A stretch of DNA of 64,000 nucleotides from a virus, in UHGV virus genome UHGV-1351772; one strand, given 5' to 3'. The notes below the pieces were generated by a model. It saw nothing but the letters and a program-made list of their open reading frames with translations, was not told the DNA's origin and searched no databases. The position numbers were made by a program, and so were the translations under genes. How positions within the stretch are numbered: position 1 is the first letter of the stretch; the number at the start of each line of letters is the position of its first letter. Shown here piece by piece: positions 29,634-38,821 of this stretch.

Positions 29634-30368
29634 TTAATCCCTGGTTAATTGATCACGAATCTGCGGCGCAACATACTCGCCCGTTTTCAGTTCTTCGTGA
29701 CAGGCTTTGGCGCGTTCAAACCCGTATTGGCGAGTGACCAAAGCGAGGTGATAAATACGTGCCGTGGTGTAGGCTTCTTTTGCTGCATCCCACATAGCGT
29801 GGTGCTCAAAAGCGGGCTTACCGCGTGTCCAGTAAATTTGCTCTACGGTTAGGTCAGGCTCGAAACCAAATGCAAAGGCTAAACGTTCTGCGGTACGATC
29901 GCTATCCAGTGCACTGAATTTACGGAACTTCCCTGGCGGAATATCACATTGTGCGAACGCGTTCATGAAAATAGGTGCATCGAAGTCAGGACCACGCATG
30001 GTAATAACAAACTCATGTTTTGCGGTGATCTCCCCGAGCCATTTTTGCATCGCCCACAGCGCGTCTGGCAATGCTGTCGTCCCACCCCATGCTTCCGCAT
30101 AGGCTTCACGAGACGGTGCGTATTCGGGTTCGCCTTTACCTTCCCACCAACCAACGGTTTGTGGGTCTTCGTGGAAAATGGCTTTTGCTTTAGGATCGTT
30201 AGGATCGATCCTGATGTATGAGGAACCGACCATTTTCAATGTAGGGACGTCAAAAGCCACTAAACCTGCACTTAACAGATAAGCATCGGGACGTAATGAT
30301 TTGGTTTCAGCATCAGCGCCAATAACCAGCGTCGGTGTGTACGGGGTGACAATTTTTGGGTAGGTCAT
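29634..30368 (-). CDS. DEDDh-type (DnaQ-like) 3'-5' exonuclease
   Basis: 244 aa; Exo I LVIGADAET, Exo II GPDFDAPIF, Exo III HHAMWDAAKEAY. Confidence 0.6.
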   Translation of the reverse strand: MTYPKIVTPYTPTLVIGADAETKSLRPDAYLLSAGLVAFDVPTLKMVGSSYIRIDPNDPKAKAIFHEDPQTVGWWEGKGEPEYAPSREAYAEAWGGTTALPDALWAMQKWLGEITAKHEFVITMRGPDFDAPIFMNAFAQCDIPPGKFRKFSALDSDRTAERLAFAFGFEPDLTVEQIYWTRGKPAFEHHAMWDAAKEAYTTARIYHLALVTRQYGFERAKACHEELKTGEYVAPQIRDQLTRD

Positions 30369-30407
30369 GTTGAATTCTCCTGTTAGTCTACATTAAAATA
30401 GTTGCAA

Positions 30408-30455
30408 ACGTTAAAAAGAAAGACCCTCCTGTACCACGAAAGGGTACAGGAGGGG
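30408..30455 (-). terminator. Intrinsic terminator (leftward)
   Basis: Stem CCCTCCTGTACC / GGTACAGGAGGG; T-run on the minus strand. Confidence 0.65.
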
Positions 30456-30458
30456 GTG

Positions 30459-30917
30459 TCAGTACAAACACGATGTCAAGTATTGGTTGTACGAATCGAG
30501 TAGTGTCTGACGGTCGGAGCGGTAATTCCACAACAAATTATTGAGTTTACGCGATAGGTCACGGCTAATCTCCTGGGGCGTTAAAGAGCTTTCGTCAAGA
30601 GATAAGCGTTCAGGTACAACATGTAACTTCGGTAACTCATAACGCTCACAAAGTGGAGCCAGCATTGGTGGGCTCCAGCCACGTTTAACGGCTTGTTGGT
30701 TTAAATTTCGGGTGTAGACATAAACGTAGTAAGCATAGGTGTTGACATCCGCAACATACTCACGCATTGCGTTATTGTCAATTTTCCAATTCACCATTAT
30801 TGGTGGTGTAGGAGGAAGTTCCAGTGGCCTATAAGCTGGACGTTTAACTTCGTCGCCGTAGCTATTACTCACCAACCCCACGAACACCATCATGATGAAT
30901 AACAGCATTTTCATCAA
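30459..30917 (-). CDS. Secreted protein (Sec signal peptide)
   Basis: 152 aa; N-terminal MMKMLLFIMMVFVGLVSNSYG; no lipobox. Confidence 0.45.
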   Translation of the reverse strand: MMKMLLFIMMVFVGLVSNSYGDEVKRPAYRPLELPPTPPIMVNWKIDNNAMREYVADVNTYAYYVYVYTRNLNQQAVKRGWSPPMLAPLCERYELPKLHVVPERLSLDESSLTPQEISRDLSRKLNNLLWNYRSDRQTLLDSYNQYLTSCLY

Positions 30918-31421
30918 TCACTCCTTAGAAGACGTTAACGTCTTTATGATCTCCTGTCGAAAACTGTTCGCATTTAAATTGCCAACAGGTCTCGCCGAAG
31001 CCTCTTTACGTTGTTCTGGTGTTGAAGCTGGATTAACAGGAGTTTCTGGTTTTGTCGAAGACAGATCCTTCGCCGTACCGCTCGCTTTCGATGAATTAAA
31101 CGTGCTTTCATATGGCGGTTTCTGGCCGAGGCAAACGAAGAGCCTGTCGTATAACTTCCCATTATCTTCTTTTAGTTTATCTCGATCTTGTTTCATCTCT
31201 TGGTAAGACTGCGACATATACGTGTCATGAGACTGCACTGCAACGAGCGCGTGAAACTGTTGTACATAGGCGTAGGAGACGAAGCCAGAATACGACAACA
31301 AGATCGTGATGATTAAAGTCATTATCTTGCTTGCTCTTGATACGTTTTCTCCTTCTCCTGGTTTAAATGCTTCCATTAACATCTGAAGGAAGAACGGAAG
31401 CACTTTAAAAAATGAACCCAT
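30918..31421 (-). CDS. Membrane protein with one TM segment and Pro/Thr-rich C-terminal region
   Basis: 167 aa; hydrophobic IMTLIITILLSYSGFVSYAYV; coiled-coil-like segment after the TM. Confidence 0.45.
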   Translation of the reverse strand: MGSFFKVLPFFLQMLMEAFKPGEGENVSRASKIMTLIITILLSYSGFVSYAYVQQFHALVAVQSHDTYMSQSYQEMKQDRDKLKEDNGKLYDRLFVCLGQKPPYESTFNSSKASGTAKDLSSTKPETPVNPASTPEQRKEASARPVGNLNANSFRQEIIKTLTSSKE

Positions 31422-31446
31422 TGCTCACCTCGGAGTATTTTTAATT

Positions 31447-32820
31447 ATGTTAGACTTACAAGGTTTTATTCAGATACCGGCACTGTTTGACAATCAGGAC
31501 GGCGTCACCGCTCCGGTGGGCGAGCTGTCGGATTTGACACTCTCGTACGCGAAGAGTAAACAGACGTTTACTAAAACCAATTTGCAAGTTCAATTGGTGA
31601 CTTTTACGTCTAAACGAGAAAAACAGACGGTTGTTGTACCAGCCGAATTTTCTGATCATATTCTAACCGTTTCTCAATGGATTTACCAGCAAGCCATCTT
31701 GGGGAATCTGAGAAATGACGAACTCGAATTCCAGCGCCTGTTATTAGGCCAATTCCAATCAACCATTTCTGGTGTTCAGTCTGGTGCGATGATACAGACG
31801 AACAGTAACTGGTTCCCACGTTGGGTGAGCTGGAAATATGAAGTAACGGCAGATCAAGTACAAGATGACACTGATGTAGATAATCAGATCATTGTTTGGT
31901 TCTCGGATGAAGACTTCGATCAAGATTACACAGGGTTCGAAATCGAAGTACAGATGCCGATTTCGCCAATCGACACATTTTTGTCGACCAAGTCAGTCGT
32001 TGAAAAGGCGATGGAAGGGTTTAACCTTACCGAACACCATAAGAAAATCAATGAGTTAATGGCAGGGTTTCCTTATACCGCCATCCAAACCAACTACTAT
32101 ACTTGGCACGATCAAGAAAACTACGAGTCTACCCTAGTTGTCCCAATGTCGGTTATTATCTACGGACGTGCGGGAAAAAACCCAACGAAAATAAAGCAAG
32201 CGTTGCGAGAACATATTCTCGCTAATTCTAGCTTTACTGTCCCTATCGGGGTAAAAGTATTTCCCGAAATTTTCACTACCACGAAATTTACAATTGTCCC
32301 TGGATGGAAAATTCGTGGGATACCCAATGAGGAAGATGTGGCGGCGCTTTATTCCCCCATCCTTCCATATGATTTCTGGGTCAAAGCTATCAGTCGGTTT
32401 GGAGAATGGGCAGACCAGACGGTAGCAGAAAGAAATACTAAAACGATCAGTAAACCTACAACAGACGTAACTGACTTACCAACAGTTTATAAATCATTAA
32501 ACTGTGTTGTAATCAGTGGGCCGGAAAACGATACACGGAAAGCGACCTTACACGAAACTATCCCGGATTATGCGTTAATTGCGACGACTAACCCTGATAT
32601 TGCGCGTATGTCGAAAACAACGACCGAATGGTTGGCGTTATTCTTCCAGGCACTTATTGCTGCGGAAGAATACCACCCGTATCAAACCAGCTTAGATGTT
32701 GTAAAACTGGTCGATGAGGCTGACCCTGATAACTACTTCTGGGTGTTTGAATACGACAACGTAGAATATCGTATCCTGTCTCGGAAAGCGAAATGGTACA
32801 CCGAGTTAGACGAGGAGTAA
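31447..32820 (+). CDS. Hypothetical protein (rightward island)
   Basis: 457-aa ORF. Confidence 0.5.
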   Translation: MLDLQGFIQIPALFDNQDGVTAPVGELSDLTLSYAKSKQTFTKTNLQVQLVTFTSKREKQTVVVPAEFSDHILTVSQWIYQQAILGNLRNDELEFQRLLLGQFQSTISGVQSGAMIQTNSNWFPRWVSWKYEVTADQVQDDTDVDNQIIVWFSDEDFDQDYTGFEIEVQMPISPIDTFLSTKSVVEKAMEGFNLTEHHKKINELMAGFPYTAIQTNYYTWHDQENYESTLVVPMSVIIYGRAGKNPTKIKQALREHILANSSFTVPIGVKVFPEIFTTTKFTIVPGWKIRGIPNEEDVAALYSPILPYDFWVKAISRFGEWADQTVAERNTKTISKPTTDVTDLPTVYKSLNCVVISGPENDTRKATLHETIPDYALIATTNPDIARMSKTTTEWLALFFQALIAAEEYHPYQTSLDVVKLVDEADPDNYFWVFEYDNVEYRILSRKAKWYTELDEE

Positions 32821-32823
32821 TGA

Positions 32824-33348
32824 ATGGCTACGCGTTTACCACTCCAGGTACCAGTCAACACCACGGGACTGTTTAAAGTAAAAACACCATTTACTTTGGC
32901 CGAGACCGTCATTTATACGGTAGAAGCGTCACGTACCTTCCCAGATTTAGTACGTCAGAATATTGACGTTTATAACTCGTATTACCAGCCAGTAGGGCTA
33001 GGACGTGAAGAATATTTAGCAGATGCGAATGTTAGTGCGTCGATTCTGACATTTAAATCTCGGGACGGTCAAGTTGTATACATACCTGACACCTACCTGG
33101 AATCATACCCAGGTTTATCCGGGATCACGTATCAACGAAATGTGTTAGTGGTAGATTTGGCACTGGTACCGGATTACGTGAAAGTGTCGTCTATAACAAA
33201 AGACGTTTCAGATATTCTCACGCATACACTAGGGATTGAGCCGAAAGTTGAAATTACAACGCTCGAGTATGAGGGGAAGGTAACGGAGGAACAACACTTG
33301 CAGATGGAAGCGGCACGAAAAATAAAATTCGTGAATCTATTCCATTAG
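32824..33348 (+). CDS. Hypothetical protein (rightward island)
   Basis: 174-aa ORF immediately after 31447-32820. Confidence 0.5.
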   Translation: MATRLPLQVPVNTTGLFKVKTPFTLAETVIYTVEASRTFPDLVRQNIDVYNSYYQPVGLGREEYLADANVSASILTFKSRDGQVVYIPDTYLESYPGLSGITYQRNVLVVDLALVPDYVKVSSITKDVSDILTHTLGIEPKVEITTLEYEGKVTEEQHLQMEAARKIKFVNLFH

Positions 33349-33452
33349 GTGAGAAAGTTGCTGCGTTGACAGAAGAGAACAAAAATTAAAAGAGTTAAAC
33401 AACCAAATGTTAGAGATTCTTAAAGCTAACGGGTTAGTTAACTAAAAAAGAT

Positions 33453-33490
33453 TACCCTACTCCTTCGGGAGTAGGGTAGCTTTTATTTTA
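33453..33490. terminator. Bidirectional intrinsic terminator
   Basis: Stem CCCTACTCC / GGAGTAGGG, loop TTCG, T-run TTTTATTTT downstream and A-run upstream. Confidence 0.75.
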
Positions 33491-34039
33491 AATGTCAACT
33501 TCTAGTTTACGGTAATCGATGACGCCTTGAGCAATCATAGCAGCAACATCGTTCCAGGTACGAAAAATGAAGTAAACTGTGTCTCCGTTTAAAAAGATGT
33601 TAGATTCTTTATCCGGAAAATCGTCTTCGCTGAGGTAGTAGTAGGGTTTGTCGAAAGGGAAGTCGCGCTCATCAGAGGAACCAAGTACCGCATAACGATT
33701 GCCACAATCAAAAAGAATCTTCCAACCAGACATTTCACTATTAGCGTCAATACGATCGTCGATTTCAACGGTAATAGGAGAACGATCAAGAAAGCTGATT
33801 GTAACCTCCCCGTTATGCTGTCGTTTAAATCGACGAATATCCGTAGGCACAATTTCAGATGCTGCTATAAGGGAATAAAGTTGTGTTACGGTGATCTTTT
33901 TGTAAACACTATCGCCATCCCACAAACGATCAAATAAGAAATTAGCCAGGAAATTTATATCCTTTAAACGTGAACGGAAAACAGAACCACGACGAATACC
34001 GTAAGCCAGATGAGTTAAATATTCAGACGATGGAAACAT
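33488..34039 (-). CDS. Hypothetical protein, possible paralog of 34101-35033
   Basis: 183 aa; shares MxFPSE... N-terminus and NGDTVYFIF.W-like segment with the next gene. Confidence 0.45.
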   Translation of the reverse strand: MFPSSEYLTHLAYGIRRGSVFRSRLKDINFLANFLFDRLWDGDSVYKKITVTQLYSLIAASEIVPTDIRRFKRQHNGEVTISFLDRSPITVEIDDRIDANSEMSGWKILFDCGNRYAVLGSSDERDFPFDKPYYYLSEDDFPDKESNIFLNGDTVYFIFRTWNDVAAMIAQGVIDYRKLEVDI

Positions 34040-34054
34040 TTTAATACTCCTAAG

Positions 34055-34092
34055 GTGGAAAAAGAATTAACCCTACTCCCGGAGGAGTAGGG
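34055..34092 (-). terminator. Intrinsic terminator (leftward)
   Basis: Stem CCCTACTCC / GGAGTAGGG, loop CGGA; T-run on the minus strand. Confidence 0.7.
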
Positions 34093-34100
34093 GATTTAAA

Positions 34101-35033
34101 TTACTTTTTGGTTTGACCCAGGTTTTCAAGAACCAGTTCACGAATGTACTTCTGAGTACGTTTCTTCGGCGGTAAAGCCATAAGGGTGTCAACGATTCCC
34201 TGCCCACCGATAACCTTGCTGACGAGTTGTTGAACTTGGAAGAGTTCTGCTTCTTCGTCACTGATTTCATTAGCTTGGTCTTTCTGACACAATGCTTCTA
34301 CCAGGTCAGCTACGGATATTTCATTTTCGTCACCAGGGAAATCCAGGTTTAACGATTCGAAAACATCACGCTTAACGAGCACAGATTTCAGATCATCGTA
34401 GTTTTCACAAACGGCGACTTCTGTGCCAGGTACCGTTTCTTCTTCGTCTTGATCTTCATTCTCAGCGGAGAGGTAACTTACTTCTGTTGCGTGGAATGTT
34501 GCGTCAGCTTTTCTCAGGACGTAGCTCACATGCGACCAATTGCTCAGGATGAAGTAGACAACACCCCCATTTAATCCGATATTGCCCTGGCGAAGTTCGA
34601 GAGCAATTTCCAGGCGGCGTGAAATCTGCCCCAAGTCAAAGAAAGACTCGTCGCGTGCCGCAACAACTTCGTACTGATTCACCCCTTGTTCTACAACAAC
34701 GAACCAGTTATCCGGGAGAGGATACGGGTTGCGCATGAAAGAAAGTTCGTTCCCTACGCCTGGGTCAACAGTAACGGATGTATGGCGCATTCCCATGGAG
34801 AAGTTGAACGTATCCCCATTTAGAACCGCAATTGCACCGTCAATCGGAAGAATTTTGGTGGTACGATCAATAGAGAAAATCTCTTTCTGCGTAATTGAAG
34901 GCTGATTACTGCCTAGGAAGTGATTACGCAGAAAAGCAGCGGTTGGGCCTACGCTGGCTTGCAGTATATGGTGGTTATAACGACGACGCAGTGTGTTAGC
35001 CAGTTCGTAAATTACTTCTGATGGAAAAGTCAT
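34101..35033 (-). CDS. Hypothetical protein with acidic C-terminal region
   Basis: 310-aa ORF. Confidence 0.45.
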   Translation of the reverse strand: MTFPSEVIYELANTLRRRYNHHILQASVGPTAAFLRNHFLGSNQPSITQKEIFSIDRTTKILPIDGAIAVLNGDTFNFSMGMRHTSVTVDPGVGNELSFMRNPYPLPDNWFVVVEQGVNQYEVVAARDESFFDLGQISRRLEIALELRQGNIGLNGGVVYFILSNWSHVSYVLRKADATFHATEVSYLSAENEDQDEEETVPGTEVAVCENYDDLKSVLVKRDVFESLNLDFPGDENEISVADLVEALCQKDQANEISDEEAELFQVQQLVSKVIGGQGIVDTLMALPPKKRTQKYIRELVLENLGQTKK

Positions 35034-35086
35034 TTTAATAGTCCTCTTTTAGGTTTGTTCAAATCAACTAAGGGTTATGTAAAAAG

Positions 35087-35566
35087 TTAAAATAATGGCA
35101 AGTTACGCCATTGTCCTACCGAGTAAAAAGCTTTTGGATGTTTACGGATATACGCTTTCGCTTCTTCTGGCAACCAACGGTCACCTACCAGTTTTTGTTG
35201 TGCAACAATTACTGCCATCAACAAATAAGGGTTTTTCGCACCGGGAAACTTTGCATTGGTTTCTAGCGCAATATCCAACATTGACGACCAGCCCAGTAAT
35301 TTATGCTGCGCCGGTAAACGTTCTTCAATATACATCAGCCAGTTCATGATTTGTTTAGGTTTATACGGACAGGTATAATTCGCCCAACACACCATGACGA
35401 ACTTAATAGCCTTCGCAATCACCCATACAGGGACAGTCACGAAAAGGCAGAAAATAGCCAACTGCGATGCGGGCGCTTCGACAAAAGTAATCGCCACAAG
35501 GACCATAAACAATTCAAGTACCACAAACCAAAAACGCGTTGGATAACGCCAAATGAACTTTATCAT
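35087..35566 (-). CDS. Membrane protein (two predicted N-terminal TM segments)
   Basis: 159 aa; FWFVVLELFMVLVAITFV and LAIFCLFVTVPVWVIAKAI. Confidence 0.45.
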   Translation of the reverse strand: MIKFIWRYPTRFWFVVLELFMVLVAITFVEAPASQLAIFCLFVTVPVWVIAKAIKFVMVCWANYTCPYKPKQIMNWLMYIEERLPAQHKLLGWSSMLDIALETNAKFPGAKNPYLLMAVIVAQQKLVGDRWLPEEAKAYIRKHPKAFYSVGQWRNLPLF

Positions 35567-35587
35567 AACTCTGCTCCTTTAGGGAAT

Positions 35588-35628
35588 GAAAATAAAAGTA
35601 CCCCTTACTCCACAAAGGGTAAGGGGTA
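35588..35628 (-). terminator. Intrinsic terminator (leftward)
   Basis: Stem CCCCTTAC(C) / GGTAAGGGG; T-run on the minus strand. Confidence 0.6.
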
Positions 35629-35632
35629 GGGA

Positions 35633-36142
35633 TTAGAAGAACGGCTGATTTGGAATGACAGCGTACTCTAAAATGAACATGTGTTCTGGGGCGTCTTCTT
35701 TACGCCAGACCTTGTGTGTCGACACAAGTTTTTCCAGAATCGTTAGAAAACTACGCTGGCAGTATGTGTTTTCACCAAGCAGTAGATTTTGAAGTTCTAC
35801 AGTAGCGTCCATATACGCCTGTTTAAAGACTAAATTACGGTTATACTGCCCGGTAAAATTCCAAAGCAAGACTTTCCCTTCTTCGGTTTCTTTTACCGTT
35901 GGTCGTAAACCACAAATCCACAGTAAGGCAAGGTTGACGTTCCAGTCAAACTCTAAACCTTCTTCTTCGTCATCACCGAATGCTGTGGGTAAAGCATCGT
36001 AAAATTCGTGTTTCTCTGCGAATTCTTCATCCGACTTAATCTCGTCTTCGATACTGCTTCGGACGATACTGTAAACGTCTTTCGCGGTCAATTGTGCGGC
36101 TTTTGTAATGCCTTTATACCAATCGGTTACTACGATGCTCAA
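35633..36142 (-). CDS. Hypothetical protein
   Basis: 169-aa ORF. Confidence 0.45.
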   Translation of the reverse strand: MSIVVTDWYKGITKAAQLTAKDVYSIVRSSIEDEIKSDEEFAEKHEFYDALPTAFGDDEEEGLEFDWNVNLALLWICGLRPTVKETEEGKVLLWNFTGQYNRNLVFKQAYMDATVELQNLLLGENTYCQRSFLTILEKLVSTHKVWRKEDAPEHMFILEYAVIPNQPFF

Positions 36143-36864
36143 AGGGTAACTCCTCTATTGATTGGAAAACTCGTGTTTATCGTATCCCAAATTCTACTAA
36201 CTTCCGCCAGTTGAATCTGACGTGGTGTTTTCTTCGCAAACGCAAGCTGACGTGGGGCCGAGCCCACAACAACAGGCACATCGATTTTCGCGCTATAGAA
36301 CGCGGCGTCTTTCATAAAGCCTGCCATTTCTCGTTGTGCTGCTCGAGATTTGCTTTTGATTCGCGTGTGAGCGCCACTTTCACCCCAGTGGTAAGCTAAC
36401 GCAATTTCAGCCATGGTGGGCTTGCGTTTGAGTCGTTTGGTTAACCCCTTCTCAAGATGTTTAACATACGCGGCAGCCAGCAAAACAGCATTACGCGGAT
36501 TATATAAATCGGCGTTCTGACTAAGACCTAATTCTTTTCCATAAAGCCTTAGCAGATTACGCTTGGTACTTGGAAGCATCTGTACCAGGCTGTGTGCTCG
36601 TGAGCTTTTGTTGTAAGCCTTGGGATCAAAACGTGATTCGCGATAAATCAGCGTAATCATCAGCTTAGGATCAACGCCTTGCTTTCGTGAGATTTCCACA
36701 ATTAACGGGCTGACTTTTTCGAACCGATGTTGGATTTGTGCAAACTCACGCTGATGCTTAGAATGTGGCGTTGACGTTGACGCCTGTGCGTTAAACGCGA
36801 AAAGTGTTACCAGTAAAAGAAAGAAGATACGAAACATTTTGTTTCTCCAGTTGGATTTATACAT
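36139..36864 (-). CDS. Secreted lytic transglycosylase (SLT domain with signal peptide)
   Basis: 241 aa; signal peptide MFRIFFLLLVTLFAFNAQAS; SLT motif YRESRFDPKAYNKSSRAHSLVQMLPST and ALAYHWGESG. Confidence 0.65.
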   Translation of the reverse strand: MYKSNWRNKMFRIFFLLLVTLFAFNAQASTSTPHSKHQREFAQIQHRFEKVSPLIVEISRKQGVDPKLMITLIYRESRFDPKAYNKSSRAHSLVQMLPSTKRNLLRLYGKELGLSQNADLYNPRNAVLLAAAYVKHLEKGLTKRLKRKPTMAEIALAYHWGESGAHTRIKSKSRAAQREMAGFMKDAAFYSAKIDVPVVVGSAPRQLAFAKKTPRQIQLAEVSRIWDTINTSFPINRGVTL

Positions 36865-36937
36865 TTCCGTATTCCGTAAGACGAAATGACGGCGCGGACA
36901 GCTAATACTCCTTTGTTGTGTGCCCTAATGATAATAT

Positions 36938-37498
36938 CTATTTAAAAGAGTTTGGAATTAATGACTCTGCTTCTTGATACAACTTATCAGGTAAGTATAA
37001 CGTGTAGCGTTGCCTCCTCGGTTCAAGTTTTTTGTAAAGCCACAAAAAGATTTCTTGTCTTTCCCAGGAATCTAACCACCCGTTTGCCATTCCAAGTGGA
37101 GGGATAGCAACGCTGGTATCCAGATCCTCAGCACAATCCGCCAGTGCGGTAATGCCCGCAGTAACATAAGAAACCTGGGACTTTAAGCGCCAATGGGTTT
37201 TCGTGGGGAGCAAGATACACTTTTCGTCAGAGTAAACGTAAACGTTTCCAATCTTAATTTCGTTTTCACGACACCGCTTACGATAATTCTGGTAAAGGTT
37301 GGGGTAGCGTTCACGACACGCGAGTGCAATGCCGCGACCCATCGCTCCTACGCAGTTAATGGTAACGACTTTATAGTCTTCGGGCGCATTAAAAAGATCG
37401 TTATCAATTTCAGATTCTTTACGTACCGTTAACATAACGAAACGCCCGGAGTTGATGTGTAGTATTAAAACGTGTACCGCCGATTGATAGCTCGACAA
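36938..37498 (-). CDS. Macro domain protein (TARG1/OARD1-like, Macro_2 type)
   Basis: DLFNAPEDYKVVTINCVGAMGRGIALACRERYP and VAIPPLGMANGWLD fit the TARG1-like macro-domain pattern; ORF-finder start is TTG, a more likely ATG is at about 37435. Confidence 0.5.
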   Translation of the reverse strand: MSSYQSAVHVLILHINSGRFVMLTVRKESEIDNDLFNAPEDYKVVTINCVGAMGRGIALACRERYPNLYQNYRKRCRENEIKIGNVYVYSDEKCILLPTKTHWRLKSQVSYVTAGITALADCAEDLDTSVAIPPLGMANGWLDSWERQEIFLWLYKKLEPRRQRYTLYLPDKLYQEAESLIPNSFK

Positions 37499-37522
37499 GT
37501 ATAGCGATATATGTTTTACCCA

Positions 37523-37891
37523 TTATCGATTTTTCGTAATCCATTGCTTGACCGCCGCTTCTAAACCCTCGTGTTGTAAGCCCAGGCGTTGCATAGTCAG
37601 TGCCAAGTTAAGCGTGTGTACGACCTGCTCACGGAACCGATGATCGTTCATACGGTCCCAGACCTTCTCTACTGAAATATTGTGTTTCCAGAGCAAATAA
37701 GCTTCACGACACGATGCACGACGAACTAAGCTAGGTTTAACAAAAGGCAACTCGATTTCAGGCAAGTAACCTAAAAGCTTAACTAACGGCGTTACTTGTG
37801 TCTTACCGAAGTCGCCACACTGATAACAAATTTGTAGAATATCAATTTCATTCAACGGTATACCGTAAATTGATGGGTTCTCTGTGAACAT
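37523..37891 (-). CDS. Hypothetical protein
   Basis: 122-aa ORF with GAGGAG ribosome-binding site. Confidence 0.45.
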   Translation of the reverse strand: MFTENPSIYGIPLNEIDILQICYQCGDFGKTQVTPLVKLLGYLPEIELPFVKPSLVRRASCREAYLLWKHNISVEKVWDRMNDHRFREQVVHTLNLALTMQRLGLQHEGLEAAVKQWITKNR

Positions 37892-38093
37892 TCATATTCT
37901 CCTCAGGCTCGAAATGTGTTTCGGGTGGCAACGTCCCTAAAGCCCCTTGGATACAAGCCGTCAGTGAAGGTTTGCCGAAACAGACCTTACCTATTGTCCC
38001 CACATTGGGATGCTGTAAGAACGCTTTCGCACGTTCGTATTCCTTCCAACAAATACTCGTATCCAAACCACCCACTCCGTACGATTTTAACAT
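37848..38093 (-). CDS. Hypothetical protein
   Basis: 81-aa ORF with AGGAGAG upstream; 44-nt overlap with the downstream gene. Confidence 0.35.
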   Translation of the reverse strand: MLKSYGVGGLDTSICWKEYERAKAFLQHPNVGTIGKVCFGKPSLTACIQGALGTLPPETHFEPEENMNVHREPINLRYTVE

Positions 38094-38159
38094 AATTAGC
38101 TCTCCTGACGTAAATTTCTCACACTCATAGTGAGGTACGCCAAGAGAGCTTTATTGTTT

Positions 38160-38609
38160 TTAGAATGTTTTGCTAAAATCGACCCACTCACGATCGCGTG
38201 AGTAAACCGCCTGATAGCCGCGTCGGATGAAATACTCTTTTGCTTCTTTACATTTCGCATACATGCCAGTAACAATCTCGCCGAAAACTTCATCAGCTGC
38301 AATTGCTTTGAAAATCTCTTTCATTACACCCCGTTGACGATAGTCTGGGAGCACGTATACCGAACGTATCTTAAGTGAACCGTTACGATTCCGATAACTA
38401 CAGTATCCTACCGCGACATCATCCTGATACACCAGAACTATGCAGTTACCTTCGATCAGCTGTCGCGCATTTAACTTCGGCACCGACGTTTTGATTTTCA
38501 GTAACGTGGCCTGGTGGTCTAAGTAACGGTAGTGTAGTTTGAGTAAATCGGCAGCTTGTCGCTCACCGACTTTAGAAGATGCGTTCAACAAATAAATTTC
38601 CATTTGCAA
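38160..38609 (-). CDS. GNAT-family N-acetyltransferase
   Basis: 149 aa; motif A-like IRSVYVLPDYRQRGVMKEIFKAI. Confidence 0.55.
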   Translation of the reverse strand: MQMEIYLLNASSKVGERQAADLLKLHYRYLDHQATLLKIKTSVPKLNARQLIEGNCIVLVYQDDVAVGYCSYRNRNGSLKIRSVYVLPDYRQRGVMKEIFKAIAADEVFGEIVTGMYAKCKEAKEYFIRRGYQAVYSRDREWVDFSKTF

Positions 38610-38635
38610 ACCTTAGAGACGCAAAAAAAGTAAAA

Positions 38636-38764
38636 TTAAAACCAACGCGCGATGACGAAAGCCGCAGCGGCTAATATGGCTGTGGTGATTATTAATCCAC
38701 CCCATGAAAGTTCCGCGTCGTATAGTGCGGATATCGCTACATTCGTAGCGTTTATCGTGGTCAT
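38636..38764 (-). CDS. Small hydrophobic peptide (42 aa, C-terminal TM)
   Basis: Hand-translated: MTTINATNVAISALYDAELSWGGLIITTAILAAAAFVIARWF; AGGAG upstream; below ORF-finder length cutoff. Confidence 0.35.
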   Translation of the reverse strand: MTTINATNVAISALYDAELSWGGLIITTAILAAAAFVIARWF

Positions 38765-38821
38765 TTTCTGCTCCTGTCAATACCCTCACACCGGAGGGTA
38801 TCTTCTGGATTATCTGGGTGG

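Noticed and set aside
30459-31421. Two-component spanin pair (i-spanin plus o-spanin)
   Set aside because: The upstream gene has the TM plus coiled-coil look of an i-spanin, but the downstream signal-peptide protein has no lipobox Cys and is much larger than typical o-spanins.
38096-38302. 68-aa ORF overlapping the 3' end of the GNAT gene
   Set aside because: Out-of-frame overlap with a motif-supported gene; no ribosome-binding site.
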